Shown one piece after another: positions 63,230 to 64,000 of a stretch of 64,000 nt of DNA (its first letter is position 1; each line of letters opens with the position of its first letter). The notes beneath the pieces are model-generated. The model did not search any database. It saw only the letters and a list, made by a program, of their open reading frames with translations, and had not been told where the DNA came from. The DNA is from Octopus bimaculoides (taxonomy: Eukaryota): positions 1,741,622-1,805,621 of the forward strand of contig NC_068985.1 of assembly GCF_001194135.2 (NCBI RefSeq). The letters run 5' to 3'. The position numbers were made by a program, and so were the translations under genes.

Positions 63230-64000
63230 GTAGTAGTATAGGTTACTATATCTAGTGGTAATATAAACTAAATTTTTCGAAACTATGATTATTTTTCATC
63301 TCTGCTCAATCACCCATTGGTGGTATGCACATATTAAACATAAAAAAGATATTTTTTGTACGCTTTTTTTGAGGGAAAAACTGCATCCAGTAACTATCTC
63401 GAGTGTTTTGTTGGGTGTTGTGTTTTTCACAGCATGTTGTAAAATAATCCATCTCTGAGTTTGTGGTGAGGTCTGTTGTATGTAACCGTAGTTTGATGAG
63501 TTTTTAATAAAATAATCCATTCTAAAACAAAGGGACATTTGGTTTTTGTATTAGGGGTTTATATATATTTACTGGGTGCAATATTTGTTGAATCAGTGTA
63601 GAGAAATGTGTTCCTGTTTTGTTTTGTGATATTGTCTACTAATTTAATTAAGTACACATCATTAATTAATGTTTGTTTCCCTTGTTAGATTCCCTAATTC
63701 AAAAATTGGCTTGCACTATTTTTTTCATATTCTGAGGTGTTCTGTGGAATATTATAGTTGCATTTTTTTTTTTACTTATTTTGTTTCTTATCTGTAATAA
63801 ACTAAGAGGTTTCTCCTATTATTCTCACAAATTACGATTACTTTTCATGTCCTGTATGGTTGTGTCACAATATTTTTGTCAATTAGTATCTTGGAAAACA
63901 GAGAGAAATTTCACTTACTTTGTTTTTTGAGGAATAAAAATTTGCTGTGGGACTGGCATGTGTAATTTGATCACAGCTGAGGAGTGCTATGAGAGTCCAA

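Overview
This is AT-rich, repeat-saturated animal genomic DNA with 12 N-gaps, most of them flanked by microsatellites. The repeat families match those I recognise from Octopus (O. bimaculoides-type assemblies); this assignment is an inference. Nearly all of the supplied ORFs are artefacts of microsatellites, N-gaps or transposon relics, and there is no complete gene, rRNA, tRNA or CRISPR array. Identifiable content: about 20 5'-truncated RTE-LINE 3' ends with (ATG/GAT)n tails plus RTE RT fragments; three tRNA-derived SINE families; at least 8 Penelope-like (RT or GIY-YIG) relics; hAT, mariner, pogo, Tx1/L1 and RLE-type LINE fossils; and several MITEs. Two signals go beyond routine repeats. First, there are minimal type I hammerhead ribozyme motifs of three different sequence families, two families arranged as outward-facing inverted pairs; the most intact are at 56633-56693(-) and 43059-43114(-). 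Second, there are spliceable minus-strand exon candidates (best: 246-524 and 46297-46440) that align by eye to a highly divergent dynein heavy chain in the expected order, so the window may be mostly intronic to a large DNAH/DNHD1-like gene. All alignments are by eye; no searches were run.
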